A DNA stretch of 64,000 nucleotides from Eledone cirrhosa (GCA_964016885.1 OZ024766.1:10602001-10666000), one strand, 5' to 3'. Shown: positions 14,763 to 28,205, numbered from the stretch's first letter. Translations and numbers: made by a program. Notes: generated by a model not told the origin, from the sequence alone.

Positions 14763-15018
14763 TGTTTTGGCCTGGATGTTGTGGCACCAACATAACTTTA
14801 CATTGAAAGGGGCGATGTGGATGGGGTGGAGGTGGTGGGACGGGGGTGTATTTTGTTAGAGATGACTACTGACACAATATATACACAATATATATATATA
14901 TATATATATAGTAATAATAATAAATTTGAAGACTAAAATCCAAAGAGGGCTCGATAGTTTCAGAAGATCCCATTAAGGTTTGAAATATTCACTTCTGCGT
15001 TCACAGATTGACTTTGTT

Positions 15019-15069
15019 AGTTTCAGAAGATCCCGTCAAGGGTGAAAGCAGCGATTCTTTGCTTAAACT
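15019..15069 (+). ncRNA. Hammerhead-like motif, family D, CAGAAGA core variant
   Basis: Same architecture as 2253-2303; ends about 80 bp from the donor of exon C. Confidence 0.55.
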
Positions 15070-15149
15070 TTAATCTGTTATTTTAATAAATAAATATATA
15101 TATATATATATATATACAAATAAAAGGTATAAAAGTATGGAAGACTTAC

Positions 15150-15245
15150 AATGCCAAAAACTGCAATAGCTGTTAATCCATGAGGGGATTTCTGGGCGAC
15201 AGATAAGTTCTGGTAGACGTCTAAATTGAATGCTAAGATTTGAAT
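15150..15245 (-). CDS. CA10: CARP internal exon C: IQILAFNLDVYQNLSVAQKSPHGLTAIAVFGI
   Basis: Translated by hand; this frame is absent from the ORF track. CAG acceptor, GTAAGT donor; 96 bp, phase 0/0. Continues AE|IQ and matches the CARP pattern xQxxxYNxxLYxNxxxAxxSPxGL. Confidence 0.92.
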
Positions 15246-15307
15246 CTGAAATGAAATAAATTAACAGTAGAGTACTCAATATGCAACATTGTGTGATAAA
15301 GTTTTAA

Positions 15308-15956
15308 GTCGGTTAACGAACAATTTTTTTCTGAACATATAACGTCCTCGGTTGACGAACTGTGTCTCGAGTAACGAAGACGCAAGCCGGCAACAACGGT
15401 TGGCGACAAACTGGAAGTATTGGGTGGGAAAATATATTTAAAGTAGTGTACTTGTTAAGAAAGATTGTAAGATAAAGTAGCACCTCGGCTCACGAACAAA
15501 TCGGTCAACGAAGAACATTTTTTTTCTGGATATATAACGTTATCGGTTGACGAACGGTGTCTCGATTAACGAACACGCAAGCCGGCAACAACGGTTGACG
15601 ACAAACTGGAAGTATTGGTAGGAAAATAAATTTAAAGTAGTGTAGAGAAGTATTTCTGAATATAAAACGTTCTCGGTTGACGAACGATGTCTCGAGTAAC
15701 GAACACGCAAGCCGACAACAACGGTTGGCGACAAACTGGATGTATTGGTTTGTAGTTAGTTACAATGGTGATATCTAGCTGTCTTTCACACAGTCTCTGT
15801 CTTTCACACAGTCTCTGTCTCTCTCTCTCCCCCCTCTCTCTCACAATGTACCTCTTTCAACATTTCGTATGGGAAACAATAGTTTGTATTTACGAATATT
15901 TTGGGTTAGGAATGGTCTTCAGGAACGAATGAAGTTCGTGAAGCGAGGTTCCACTG
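15308..15956. mobile_element. Decayed pogo/Tigger-type MITE with internal repeats
   Basis: Right end GTTCGTGAAGCGAGGTTCCACTG resembles the inverse of AAGTAGCACCTCGGCTCACGAAC at about 15475; three internal CGGTTGACGAAC...GACAAACTGGA repeats. Confidence 0.55.
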
Positions 15957-16051
15957 TTTGTAGTGAAACACCGAAAATTTTCAAAACGCTAATAGAAAGA
16001 GTAAAATATCACACACACACACACAGACCGACATATATAGATAGATCGATA

Positions 16052-16160
16052 TAAATATATTTCTGGCAATATTATTACAACAATATGACCCTCCCCAAGT
16101 ATAACAACATTTGTTTCGACACACGATTTCATATAAAAAACCTCGCAAAACAAATCCATC
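16052..16160. mobile_element. Unclassified (TA)n-associated dispersed repeat; other copies at 19880-19980, 20020-20180 and 27757-27905
   Basis: Shared TTTCTGGCAATATTA..ACAATATGACCCTCCCC in both orientations. Confidence 0.6.
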
Positions 16161-16169
16161 GCCGTCATG

Positions 16170-16246
<77 letters not shown>

Positions 16247-16407
16247 ATTCACTTTTATTAGTTTATTTCATTAATAGCTAACTTTGTCTGTTGCAATGTA
16301 AACACATTTCGTGTTTATCGTACACTTTAAATGTATAAACTGCTCGGAAGAGACCCTTCCTGGAGCTTAATTATTGTAAATGACTGAGAGTTTATTCTCA
16401 AAATATA

Positions 16408-16451
<44 letters not shown>

Positions 16452-16620
16452 CGAAGGAAATGTGGTAAGGAACCAGGTGGACCATAACGCACCAAAGTAC
16501 TCAATACTTAGGGTAGTAGGGTGGGTAATAGGAACGAGTAGGACCCCGACGGCTGAGCTCAAGCCGTTTCGACGGCTAATTATATAAACTTATATATAAA
16601 CATATACAGATATATAGATA

Positions 16621-16656
<36 letters not shown>

Positions 16657-16705
16657 AACATATACACACACAGATATATAGATCTCTCTCTCTCTCTCTC
16701 TCTCC

Positions 16706-16736
<31 letters not shown>

Positions 16737-16929
16737 CAGACACACACACATATATATATATATATATACATATATAGGAACGAGTAGGACCCCGACGGCT
16801 GAGCTCAAGCCGTTTCAACGGGGTCCTACTCGTTCCTATTACCCACCCTACTACCCTAAGTATTGAGTACTTTGGTACGTTATGGTTCACCTAGTTCCTT
16901 ACCACATTTCCTTCGTTATATATATATAT

Positions 16930-17510
16930 GGTGGCTGCCAACTCGTTTTCGAGTACGGCCACTACTTTATATCCATGTAGGAGAACCCCTACCAATGCGC
17001 TGAACGAGTGTTACTTTTTAGTCCAGCCAGCGACTTGAAAACTCTGGTACAAACACTACACTTGTGACATTTATTGACACATAGTGCTGGGCCCTTGGTA
17101 CCATGTGACGACAAGTGCAGAGAGATCTCCAGATATAAAGCAATGCCTGTGCTGTGAAGCTTTTCTAGTGAGCAAAGGCACTGCACAAAGCCAGTCCCAC
17201 TCTCTTAACCAAGATGATATTTACCAAAAAGAAGAACAATTCAACATCATTGGATACCATCAGGGTTGCAGGTGTTATATCAGAGTTTTCCTTCTCCTAG
17301 AATTCTGCCTTGACAAAGGCTAAGGGGTCATCTCTCCCAGTGATTTTGGATGGCTATTGACTCTTAAGAGCCCCTTTGCCTTTTGACAGGTTTTGTTTTT
17401 AGTCCTGCAGGATGTCCAAAGCCACCCTCCTCACCAAGAAACCTTAGTGGGGTTGCCAGTTTAGTCGCCAACGACCCGACCATGAGACAGGTTGTACTGG
17501 GATACAGTAC
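16930..17510 (-). mobile_element. Internally deleted RTE-clade LINE remnant
   Basis: Minus-strand peptide HKCSVCTRVFKSLAGLKSNTRSAH resembles the C-terminal C2H2 of RTE ORFs; adjacent non-coding DNA looks like an RTE 5' region (inference). Confidence 0.5.
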
Positions 17511-18117
17511 AATATATATATATATATGCATACACACAGAAACAGACACACTCTCACAAACACACACACACACACACATATATAAATATATATATAAACC
17601 CACATAGGTAGGTATATAAATAAATATATATATAAATAAATATATATATCGCTGTTACCAGCATTTCCAAACTGTCGTCTGCCGTCAATGAAAAATTATC
17701 CGCCATAATCATTACACTTTCCTTCTTTCTCCCCTAGTTTCATAGCTTCCGGCGAAAAGCATTTACTTAAAACATTCCTAGCGTAAAACCTTTCCGAGAC
17801 GCTTTCTGACATTCCAGAATGTTCGAAGAAATTCCCAGACATTCCAGAACAGTAAAATAAACAAAAATGAACAAAAAATAGGGTTCTGTAAATGTTGCAC
17901 TTATTTCTATAGAAACATTCCATTCCATTGCTTTATATCCCCACATTTTTAGTTCCGTTTTATTCCAGTATTTCCGTGTGTCTGTGTGTCTGTGCTTGTG
18001 TGTCTTCCCCGCCTGCCATTGGTGATTTTATCGTCGCTACAACCATCATCAAAGCCGGCGCCATTTGTTGTTCGTCATTCTCTGTGCGCCTCCATTACAC
18101 AAAGAAGAGAAAGCACG

Positions 18118-18189
<72 letters not shown>

Positions 18190-18241
18190 CATTTATATAC
18201 ATATATGTATATATATATATATACATATATATATATACATT

Positions 18242-18279
<38 letters not shown>

Positions 18280-18582
18280 CATATATATACATATATACAT
18301 ATATATATATATAACGAAGGAAATGTGGTAAGGAACCAGGTGGACCATAACGCACCAAAGTACTCAATACTTGAGGTAGTAGAGTGGGTAATAGGAACCA
18401 GTAAGACCCCTTACTGGTTCCTATATATATATATACATATATATATATACATATACATATATATACATACATATATATATACATATATATACATATATAT
18501 ACATATATCACCCGATCCGAGAATTGAACTCACAACCTTTCGATTGCAAGCCCAATGTTCTAACCACTAAGCCATGCACCTT

Positions 18583-18626
<44 letters not shown>

Positions 18627-18648
18627 CATAGTGGTTAGATATACATAT

Positions 18649-18785
18649 GCTTAGTGGTTAGAACATTGGGCTTGCAATCGAAAGGTTGTGAGTTCAATTC
18701 TCGGACCGGGTGATGTGTTGTTTCCTTGAGCAAGACTCTTTATTTCACGTTGCACCAGTTTACTCAGCTGTAGGAATGAGTACCG
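18649..18785 (+). mobile_element. tRNA-derived SINE; inverted partial head copy at about 18508-18577
   Basis: A-box TAGTGGTTAG and B-box GAGTTCAATTC, then CCTTGAGCAAGAC...TTCACGTTG..ACTCAGCTG central domain; no acceptor stem closure. Confidence 0.75.
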
Positions 18786-18898
18786 GCCTTCCCGCCCAGC
18801 CAGTGCGATGGCGTTATCTTATGGCTAAAACAGCACGAAAAAGTGGTGTGACCAGCGGCGCCGAATGGCGCCCGACAGACTGGGCGGTCAAGGTGATG

Positions 18899-18932
<34 letters not shown>

Positions 18933-19166
18933 TATATATATAACGGAGATTAAAGGAGACTAAGTCAGCAATATTTTCATCATGCTTTGCTGTACACACA
19001 CACACACATACATATATATATAAGTAGAAGGGGTATTTAATTTGTAAGTCCAACAAATATAAATGTTTATAACTGGTTTGGAGCACTCAACAGCTTAGTG
19101 GAGTGAATATCCAACCGATAAGGTATGATTTTCATGGGTATGTCTCTATTTATAAAACAAACTTTG

Positions 19167-19230
19167 TATTTTATCTGATGAAAGCGTATCAATGTGTCTT
19201 GGTTACCCTTGAAATATATATAATAAAATA
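19167..19230 (+). ncRNA. Hammerhead motif, family C
   Basis: TATTTTAT-CTGATGA-AAG...CTT-GAAA-TATATA-TA-ATAAAATA; perfect 8-bp stem I. Confidence 0.82.
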
Positions 19231-19643
19231 AATATGGTTTTATAAATATAGTTTCCATTTATTTAATATCATTGTATATATCATCATCAAGGTTTAGCGT
19301 CCGTGTTCCACGCTTGCATGGGTTTGGACGGGGGTTTTCCCACTTGAGGCAACAGTGGTTGTCTTGCTCGCATAGGACTGTCTGGCGGGTTTTCTACAGC
19401 TGGATGCCCTTCCTAACACCAACCACGTTTACAGTGTGGGGCTGGGAGGTTTTTACCGTGTTGCCTACACGGCCACATTACAGCGTGGACTGTCTGGCGG
19501 GTTTTCTACGGCTGGATGCCCTTCCTAACACCAACCACGTTTACAGTGTGGGGCTGGGAGGTTTTTACCGTGTTGCCTACACGGCCACATTTACAGCGTG
19601 GACTGTGTGTTTTTTTTTGTCGTGACACCTACACGATCTCATT

Positions 19644-19682
<39 letters not shown>

Positions 19683-19690
<8 letters not shown>

Positions 19691-19772
19691 AGATCAAAAG
19701 ATGGTTAAAGGAGTTCCATGTATTTTATAAAATACATGGAACTCCTTTAACCATCTTTTGATCTTATATTAT
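19683..19772. repeat. Perfect palindrome of about 90 bp at the end of a (TA)n-inserted element fragment
   Basis: ATAATATAAGATCAAAAGATGGTTAAAGGAGTTCCATGTATTTTA followed directly by its exact reverse complement. Confidence 0.9.
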
Positions 19773-19977
19773 GTATACTCCAGTCCTACAAACTGTAGAG
19801 TGCTTCTTATCCGATATCTGCATTGCTTTATTGTACTACAATAAAACTCACCTCCTACATATATATATATATATAATTTTTGTTTTGTTTTGCAATGTTT
19901 TTGATATGAAATCGTGTGTCGAAACAAATATTGTTATACTTGGGGAGGGTCATATTGTTGTAATAATATTGTCAGAT

Positions 19978-20020
<43 letters not shown>

Positions 20021-20188
20021 CCGTTGGTCAATCAATGATAAACATTGATTGCCAAATAAATTAACTATGGAGATATAAAAGATACAGAAGCGAAAACCAA
20101 CCCAAACCAAACAGTCAGTGTGTTCTGTTATTATTTCTGGCAATAATATTACAACAATATGACCCTCCCCAAGTATAACAATATATAT

Positions 20189-20256
<68 letters not shown>

Positions 20257-20536
20257 GGAAAAAATGAAACGAAATTTCATTTCCCACTCTTAGTACGGCT
20301 GTTACTTAAATATAAGTATGTCCACGTACATACATATATGTATACAGACGTACAGTAGTATGTATATATATACATACATGCACACATATATATATATGTA
20401 CGTATGGATTCACCGAACATTTATTATAATGCTCGGTGTGTTTATATATATATATATATATACATACATACAAACATATATATATTTATATATATACATA
20501 TATATATAAAACCTAAAAAGTTCCAAATAGACGTAC

Positions 20537-20728
20537 CTCCGCCGAGAAGGCATGTCCGGCAATCGTGTGTTCGGATCCCTGTGATTCCGAACTCCCAAAA
20601 TGTACCTTCACCTCATGTACCTGATATCTGTAAGATAAGGGTCCTCCTGTCAAAAATACTTGGTCATTTTCACCGCTGTCCACTTGAAAGGTGACGTCAC
20701 GTCCGGTGTTTATTAACTGCCCGTTTAC
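20537..20728 (-). CDS. CA10: CARP internal exon B: [64 protein letters not shown]
   Basis: CAG acceptor after a (CT)n tract, GTACGT donor; 192 bp, phase 0/0. Motifs [12 protein letters not shown], xVHFG and GSEH. Confidence 0.95.
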
Positions 20729-21304
20729 CTGTCGACAGAGAGAGAAGAGAGATATTAAGAGAGAGAGAGAGAGGGAGAGAGAGAGAGAGAGAGAGGGAGA
20801 GAGAAAGAGAGAGAAAGAGAGAGCGAAAAAGAGAAAGCATATATATGCTTTTATATACACACCAATATATATATACATATATAGTTACATACACACACAT
20901 ACATATACATGCATATATATATAGATATATAGATATATATAGGAACCAGTAGGACCCCGACGGCCGAGCTCAAGCCGTTTCGACGGCTAATTCTGGACTC
21001 TCCAGAATTAGCCGTCGAAACGGCTTGAGCTCTGCCGTCGGGGTCCTACTGGTTCCTATATATATATATGTATGTGTGTGTATGTAACTATATATGTATA
21101 TATATATTGGTGTGTATATAAAAGCATATATATGCTTTCTCTTCCTCCCTCTCTCTCTTTTTCTCTCTCTCTTAGAGTAGTAGAGTGAGAAATAAGAAAA
21201 AGTATGACCCCAACGGCAGAGCTCAAGCCGTTTCGACGGCTATTTCTGGACTCAGAAATAGCCGTCGAAACAGCTTGAGCTCTGCCGTTGGGGTCATACT
21301 TTTT

Positions 21305-21359
<55 letters not shown>

Positions 21360-21479
21360 GATGTTCCGCAAAAATGTATACAGACTTTGATTACCTGTAC
21401 AGGCAATATTTATTAGAATGCTGTTGAAGTGTGTATACATTTTTGCGGGATACCCTGTATATATACACATATACACACG

Positions 21480-21518
<39 letters not shown>

Positions 21519-21704
21519 ATCATTATCGTTTAACGTCCATCTTCCACACTAGCATGGGTTAGACGGTTTTGTTCCATTCGATGTACACACACTCGCACAC
21601 ACACATACACACACACACACACATATATATATATACATATACATACAAACAGACAAACGCATATATATATATACACAAAATAAGACAGGAAGCTGGTTAC
21701 TCAC

Positions 21705-21841
21705 CCTGCCCCCATCAAACTTGAGGGGTTTTAAGTTGGGGTCAAAGACGAGCGACTTTGGGTTGATATCTACAGGGGATTGCTGTTTGCCTTTCTCACA
21801 TAGGATCCATTCGTTGTTGATCAACCCCCAATATTCCGGAC
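21705..21841 (-). CDS. CA10: CA10/CA11-like carbonic anhydrase-related protein, internal exon A: (G)PEYWGLINNEWILCEKGKQQSPVDINPKSLVFDPNLKPLKFDGGR
   Basis: TAG acceptor and GTGAGT donor; 137 bp, phase 1 start and phase 0 end. Contains the alpha-CA motifs GPxxWG and CxxGxxQSPVDI. Confidence 0.93.
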
Positions 21842-21907
21842 CTACAACAATAACAACAATAAGAATTACAGCAACAAAACATATCTATCTATCTATCTAT
21901 CTATCTA

Positions 21908-22116
21908 GTTGCACACTTTTTTTCGGGGGTGTGTGCGACCCCCCAAGGTGCCTCCTCTCTATTGAGGACTTTGTTATAAATTTTATTTTTTGTTATATTT
22001 TATTTTATTTTTATATATTGTTATTGCCTCCTCCTTATTGAGGACGCCTTGTTTTGTAAACTCCCCCCATTGTACTTGTCCCACTTTTGATGCCCTGGTG
22101 GCAAATAAAAGAAACA

Positions 22117-22117
<1 letters not shown>
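21908..22117 (+). mobile_element. Diverged Tx1-like 3' UTR in (TATC)n
   Basis: Ends TTGTACTTGTCCCACTTTTGATGCCCTGGTGGCAAATAAAAGAAACA-(TATC)n, like the other copies. Confidence 0.65.
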
Positions 22118-22147
<30 letters not shown>

Positions 22148-22150
<3 letters not shown>

Positions 22151-22722
22151 GGGCAGGTAAAATTCCCGAGATCCATGGCCGAGTTCTCTCCAGCGGTCTC
22201 TGTCTCTCATTATCGCTGCCATGTCCTGCATCCCCAACAGACCAGTGTCTGTCCTTAGGGCATCAACATATGTTAACCTCGGTCTTCCTCTTCCAGTGTG
22301 TCCATGTAGGGGCTCCCACAGGAGCACTGAGTGCAATGTCAACTCTGGATGTCAGTGAACATGTCCAGCTAACCTAGTGTGTCCATGTAGGGGCTCCCAC
22401 AGGAGCAGTGAGTGCAGTGTCACCTCTGGATGTCGGTGAGCATGTCCAGCTAACCTAGTGTGTCCATGTAGGGGCTCCCACAGGAGCACTAAGTGCAGTG
22501 TCAACTCTGGATGTCGGTGAACATGTCCAGCTAACCTCAGTCTCCTCTGTGTCACTTCGGAGCTATATATATATATATATATGTCAACCTCGGTCTTCCT
22601 CTTCCAGTGTGTCCATGCAGGGGATCCCACAGGAGCAGTGAGTGCAGTGTCAACTCTGGATGTCGGTAAGCATGTCAAGCTAACCTCAGTCTCCTCTGTG
22701 TCACTTTCGAGCCGACAGATCC
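22148..22722 (-). mobile_element. RTE-clade LINE 3' end with internal duplications of about 81 bp
   Basis: RRLRLAGHVHRHPE..LLWEPLHGHTGRGRPRLTYVD..MRDRDRWR*, followed by (TAGA)n. Confidence 0.85.
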
Positions 22723-22884
22723 ATCATCTTGCCTTATAGATACTAGCAGAAAAGACACTCTTTCGGGTGGTTTTTCTGCTAGCATGTGTGGTGAGCATAT
22801 TGATATTATACGCAAATATATACGCATGTAGATATGATACGTCAAATAAAATCGTAATTGACAATATACACAGATATTGAAGAA

Positions 22885-23995
22885 AGTACCAGTAATACAT
22901 TGGGGTCGATTTAATCGACTTTCCTCTCCCCCAAAATTGCTGGCCTTGTGTCAAAAAAGAAACAATTATTATTATTCGGCAGAATCGTCAGACACCGTGG
23001 AACGTCAGACAACATGCTTTGCAGCATAGAGTTACGGCTCTTTACGGTCTGAGTTCAAATCCCGCCGAGGTTAACTTTGCCTTTCATCAATACGGGGTCG
23101 ATAAAATAAAGTACCAGTAATACACTGGGGTAATTGCTGGCCTTGTGCCAAAAGTAAAAACAATTATTATTGGTTAACTTTGCCCTTTCATCCTTACAGG
23201 GGCGATAAAATAAAGTACCAGTAATGTACTGGGGTAATTGCTGGCCTTGTGCCAAAAGTAGAAACAATTATTATTATTATTGGCGGTAGAGGGTTGGACA
23301 CCATGCTTTGTAGCATAGAGTTACGTCCCTTTATGATCTGAGTTCAAATCCCGCCGAAATTAACTTTGCCTTTAATCTTTACGGGGTCGATAAAATAAAG
23401 TACCAGTAATGTACTGGTGTCGATAAAATAAAGTACCAGTAATGTACTGGGTCGATAAAATAAAGTACCAGTAATGTACTGAGTCGATAAAATAAAGTAG
23501 TACCAGTAATGTACTGGGTCGATAAAATAAAGTAGTACCAGTAATGTACTGGGTCGATAAAATAAAGTACCAGTAATGTACTGGGTCGATAAAATAAAGT
23601 AGTACCAGTAATGTACTGGGTCGATAAAATAAAGTAGTACCAGTAATGTACTGGGTCGATAAAATAAAGTAGTACCAGTAATGTACTGGGTCGATAAAAT
23701 AAAGTAGTACCAGTAATGTACTGGGTCGATAAAATAAAGTACCAGTAATGTACTGGGTCGATAAAATAAAGTAGTACCAGTAATGTACTGGGTCGATAAA
23801 ATAAAGTAGTACCAGTAATGTACTGGGTCGATAAAATAAAGTAGTACCAGTAATGTACTGGTTCGATAAAATAAAGTACCAGTAATGTACTGGGTCAATA
23901 AAATAAAGTAGTACCAGTAATATACTGGTTCTATTTAACCGACTTTCTACTACCCCAAAATTGCCGGCCTTGTGCCTATAGTAAAAACCATTATT
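22885..23995 (+). mobile_element. Cluster of Deu/Nin-domain tRNA-derived SINEs with an internal 34/37-bp tandem array (about 23385-23928)
   Basis: GAGTTCAAATCCCGCCGAGG B-box and GCCTTTCATC..GGGGTCGATAAAATAAAGTACCAG domain; about 15 units of GGTCGATAAAATAAAGT(AGT)ACCAGTAATGTACTG. Confidence 0.8.
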
Positions 23996-24384
23996 TAATC
24001 CGACGCCGCCATGACAGAATTCAGCCAAAACTAACTTTGAATGTTTTGAAAAGATAACGGAAACTTTGTATATGTTCAGAAAATTATCGATTTTTTTCAA
24101 TCTCTGGTTCGATTCTTACGAAAATTGAAAATAGATTTTTATATTTATTTATTCATTTATTTATTTATTTATTTATTTATAGTTTATTTTTATTTTTTTA
24201 TTTTTTTGTTTTTTTTTTCAAAAATATGTTTGTTTGTTTGTTTGTTTGTATAAATTAATTTTTCATTTTTTTTTTTTTTTTTCATTTTAATATTTTAAAA
24301 GGAATCTAAATTATTTTAAAATTTTAAACGGAAGAAAGTAAGTTTTATTATATAAATATTTTAGCTGGTACATATATGATGTCG

Positions 24385-25720
24385 TTGGTGTAGTTGGTGG
24401 TTGTGGTGAGGTGGTAGAGATGGGGGTGGTGGTGGTGTTGGTGGTAGAGGTGGTGGTGTTGGTGGTAGAGATGGTGGCTGTGTTGTTGTTGTTGTGGTGG
24501 TGGTTGTGTTGGTGGTGTTGTTGTTGGTGGTGTTGGTGGTTGTGGTGAGGTGGTAGAGATGGGGGTGGTGGTGGTGTTGGTGGTAGAGGTGGTGGTGGTG
24601 GTGTTGGTGGTAGAGATGGTGGTGGTGTTGTTGTTGGTGGTGTTGGTGGTTGTATTTGTTGGTAGAGATGGTGGTGGTGGTGTTGCTTTTGTGGTGGTTG
24701 TGTGGTGGTAGAGATGGTGGTGGTGTTGTTGGTGGTTGTATTTGTTGGTAGAGATGGTGGTGGTGGTGTTGTTTTTGTGGTGGTGGTGTTGTTGTTGTTG
24801 TGGTGGTGGTTGTGTTGGTGGTAGAGATGGTGGTGGTGTTGTTGTTGGTGGTGTTGGTGGTTGTATTTGTTGGTAGAGATGGTGGTGGTGGTGTTGCTTT
24901 TGTGGTGGTTGTGTGGTGGTAGAGATGGTGGTGGTGTTGTTGTTGGTGGTGTTGGTGGTTGTATTTGTTGGTAGAGATGGTGGTGGTGTTGTTGGTGGTG
25001 TTGGTGGTTGTATTTGTTGGTAGAGATGGTGGTGTTGTTGTTGTTGTTGTTGTTGTTGTGGTTGTGTTGGTGGTAGAGATGGTGGTGGTGTTGTTGGTGG
25101 TTGTATTTGTTGGTAGAGATGGTGGTGGTGTTGTTGTTGTTGTTGTGGTTGTGTTGGTGGTAGAGATGGTGGTGGTGTTGTTGGTGGTTGTATTTGTTGG
25201 TAGAGATGGTGGTAGAGATGGTGGTAGTGGTGTTGTTTTTGTTGTGGTGGTTGTGTTGGTGGTAGAGAGGGTGGTGGTTGTGTTGGTGGTAGAGAGGGTG
25301 GTGGTTGTGTTGGTGGTAGAGAGGGTGGTGGTGTTGTTGGTGGTTGTGTTGGTGGTAGAGATGGTGGTGGTGGTGTTGTTTTTGTGGTGGTTGTGTTGGT
25401 GGTAGAGATGGTGGTGGTGGTGTTGTTGTTGTTGTGGTGGTTGTGTTGGTGGTAGAGATGGTGGTGGTTGTGTTGTTGATGGTGTTGGTGGTTTAAGTTG
25501 GTGGTAGAGATAGTGGTGTTGTTGGTGGTGGTGGAGATGGAGGTGGAGATGAAGGTGGAAGAGGTGGTGGCAGTTGTGGTGGTGGTGGTGGTGTTGTTGC
25601 TGTTTGTGGTGGTGGTGTTGGTGTCGATGGTGGTAGTGGTGGTGATCTTGTAGTTGAGGGGTGATGTGGTTTGTTGTTGGTGTTGTTGTTGTTGTTATTG
25701 TGGTGTTGGTGGTAGGGGTT
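24385..25720. repeat. (GGT/GTT)n low-complexity array with recurring GGTAGAGATGG
   Basis: Direct inspection. Confidence 0.9.
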
Positions 25721-25763
25721 GTTTCTGTTTATGGACTATTGAAAATAGCTTAATCGTATGCGT

Positions 25764-25846
<83 letters not shown>

Positions 25847-26916
25847 TATTTACACACGTATATACATATATACAAACATATATACATATACACACACATA
25901 TATATATATATATATACACACACATATATATATATATATACAGACACACATATACACACAAATATATATATATACACATATATATGCACACATATATATA
26001 TACACATATATACACACAAATATATACACACATATATATATACACACATATATAAACACATATATACACGCACACATATACACACATATAAACACATATA
26101 TATATACACACATATATACACACACATATATATATACATATATACACACATATATATATACACATATATATATACACACATATATATATATACATATATA
26201 TACACACATATATATATACACACATATATACACATATATATACACACACAAATGTTTACATGACTGATTAGGATTAAGTAAACTAAGAATTCTGTAATTA
26301 AAAATTCATGAGTTAAAAATAACAACAACAGTAACAACAACACCACCACCACCACCACCACCCACAACAACAGTAGCAACAACAACACCATCACCAACAA
26401 CAGTAACAACAAGAGTAAAAGCAGCAGCAGCAAATAATTAAAAAATATAATTATCAAATATGAAAAATTTTATTTATCGAAAATAGGATTTATCTAAATC
26501 TTCAAACAGCAGCAGTGGAGATATTTAGAAATAAACACCTTTATATAATATATAGTGTATATATATATACATATATATATATATATAGTGTATATATGTA
26601 TATAGTGTATATATGTATATAGTGTATATATATATATATATAGTGTATATATATGTATATAGTGTATATATGTATATAGTGTATATATATAGTGTATATA
26701 TATATAGTGTATATATGTATATAGTGTATATATATATATATATACATACACATATATATATAAATATATATTAAAAGGTTAAACAAGGTTCAATGAATAA
26801 ATCAAAGAATGAGTTTTACAATAGATTGGAAGCACTCAACAAGTAAAATGTTTTCTGGAGTTAATATATATATTAATTCAAAATATTAACAAAATAGAAC
26901 TTCGTGTGATCAAGTA

Positions 26917-26983
26917 TATTTTATTATACATATTTCAGAGGTACTGAGCTAACTTCAACAGTACGTCCTCATCAGATAAAATA
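26917..26983 (-). ncRNA. Hammerhead motif, family C-related, left arm of a fold-back element
   Basis: Reverse complement: TATTTTAT-CTGATGA-GGAC GTACTG...CAGTAC CTCT-GAAA-TATGTA-TA-ATAAAATA. Confidence 0.85.
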
Positions 26984-27115
26984 AGATGATGCATGACATA
27001 CCCTGACTTAGTAGATGGTTAAGATTCAGTCATGGTTAAAATTCAGTTAAAATTCAGTCACTCCCATGACTAAATTTTAACTATCTACTATGTCAAGGTA
27101 TGTCATGCATCATCT

Positions 27116-27182
27116 TATTTTATCTGATGAGGACGTACTGTTGAAGATAGCTCAGTACCTCTGAAATATGTATAATAAAATA
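27116..27182 (+). ncRNA. Hammerhead motif, family C-related, right arm
   Basis: TATTTTAT-CTGATGA-GGACGTACTG TTGAAGATAGCT CAGTACCTCT-GAAA-TATGTA-TA-ATAAAATA. Confidence 0.85.
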
Positions 27183-27398
27183 TAATTGATCACACGAATG
27201 TTTATTTTTGTTAATATTTTGAATTAATATATATATTTCTGGACTCTATTCTGGAGACAAGAAATAGCCGTCGAAATGGCTTGAGCTCTGCCGTCGGGGT
27301 CAAACATTTTCCTATATATATATATATATATATATATACTGTATATACATACTCTCTATCTCACACAAACACACATATATGTATACACTATGTATGTA

Positions 27399-27515
<117 letters not shown>

Positions 27516-27674
27516 TGGTGTAGTGGTTGTGATGACGTGTTTTAGTAAATTTCACAGATGATCACATATTTGAATACTCATAGCGGGTCTCTGGTATGTT
27601 AATTAGACATAAGCATATCGCATATATTTTCATATACAATACACCTCTATTTACACACACACACACACACACAC

Positions 27675-27760
<86 letters not shown>

Positions 27761-27943
27761 AGGGTCATATTTGTGTAATATTGCCAGAAATAATAACAGA
27801 ACACACTCACTGTTTGGTTGGTTTTCGCTTCTGTGTCTTTTATATCGGTTAATTTAATTTATTCGGTCCTCAATGTTTACCATTGACTGACCAACGGTCA
27901 AAAATACAGATATAATATAGACACAAACACATATATATAGTCT

Positions 27944-27985
27944 ATCAAAGTTCTTTCGTTGCACATCTGCAACATCGTCAGTGGT
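27944..27985 (-). ncRNA. Degenerate minimal hammerhead
   Basis: Reverse complement: ACCA-CTGACGA-T GTTGCA GATG TGCAAC-GAAA-GAAC-TT-TGAT; good core and stem II, decayed stem I. Confidence 0.55.
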
Positions 27986-28205
27986 GCTATCATGTTTCCT
28001 CCCATTGCACTGTATCCTTACGCCATCTTTATTTAGTCTGTTTATTTATTTATTTATTTAGTTGTTTTTTTGTTGTCTTCTCTGCGCATGCGTTTGCGTG
28101 TGTGTATAGTGTTTTGTTTGATGTGTGTTCTTGTTTGGGTGACTGTGTATTGGTTAATGTATTCTATCTTAGTTTACTAGTGTGTGTTTATATGTATTTG
28201 TTGTT

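Larger units (their letters stand above)
26772..27235. mobile_element. Fold-back element with about 185-bp inverted arms, each carrying a hammerhead
   Basis: About 26860-27048 is the near reverse complement of about 27060-27235. Confidence 0.8.

Noticed and set aside
17260-17510. HDV-like ribozyme in the putative RTE 5' region
   Set aside because: Could not assemble the nested double pseudoknot by eye; needs an RNAMotif or Infernal search.
18649-18712. tRNA-Cys(GCA) gene
   Set aside because: No proper acceptor stem and it runs into a SINE central domain; treated as a SINE head.
23385-23928. CRISPR-like 34-37 bp periodicity (also 6387-8800 and 40549-42135)
   Set aside because: No unique spacers and no cas genes; eukaryotic context; units derive from SINE, LINE or microsatellite sequence.
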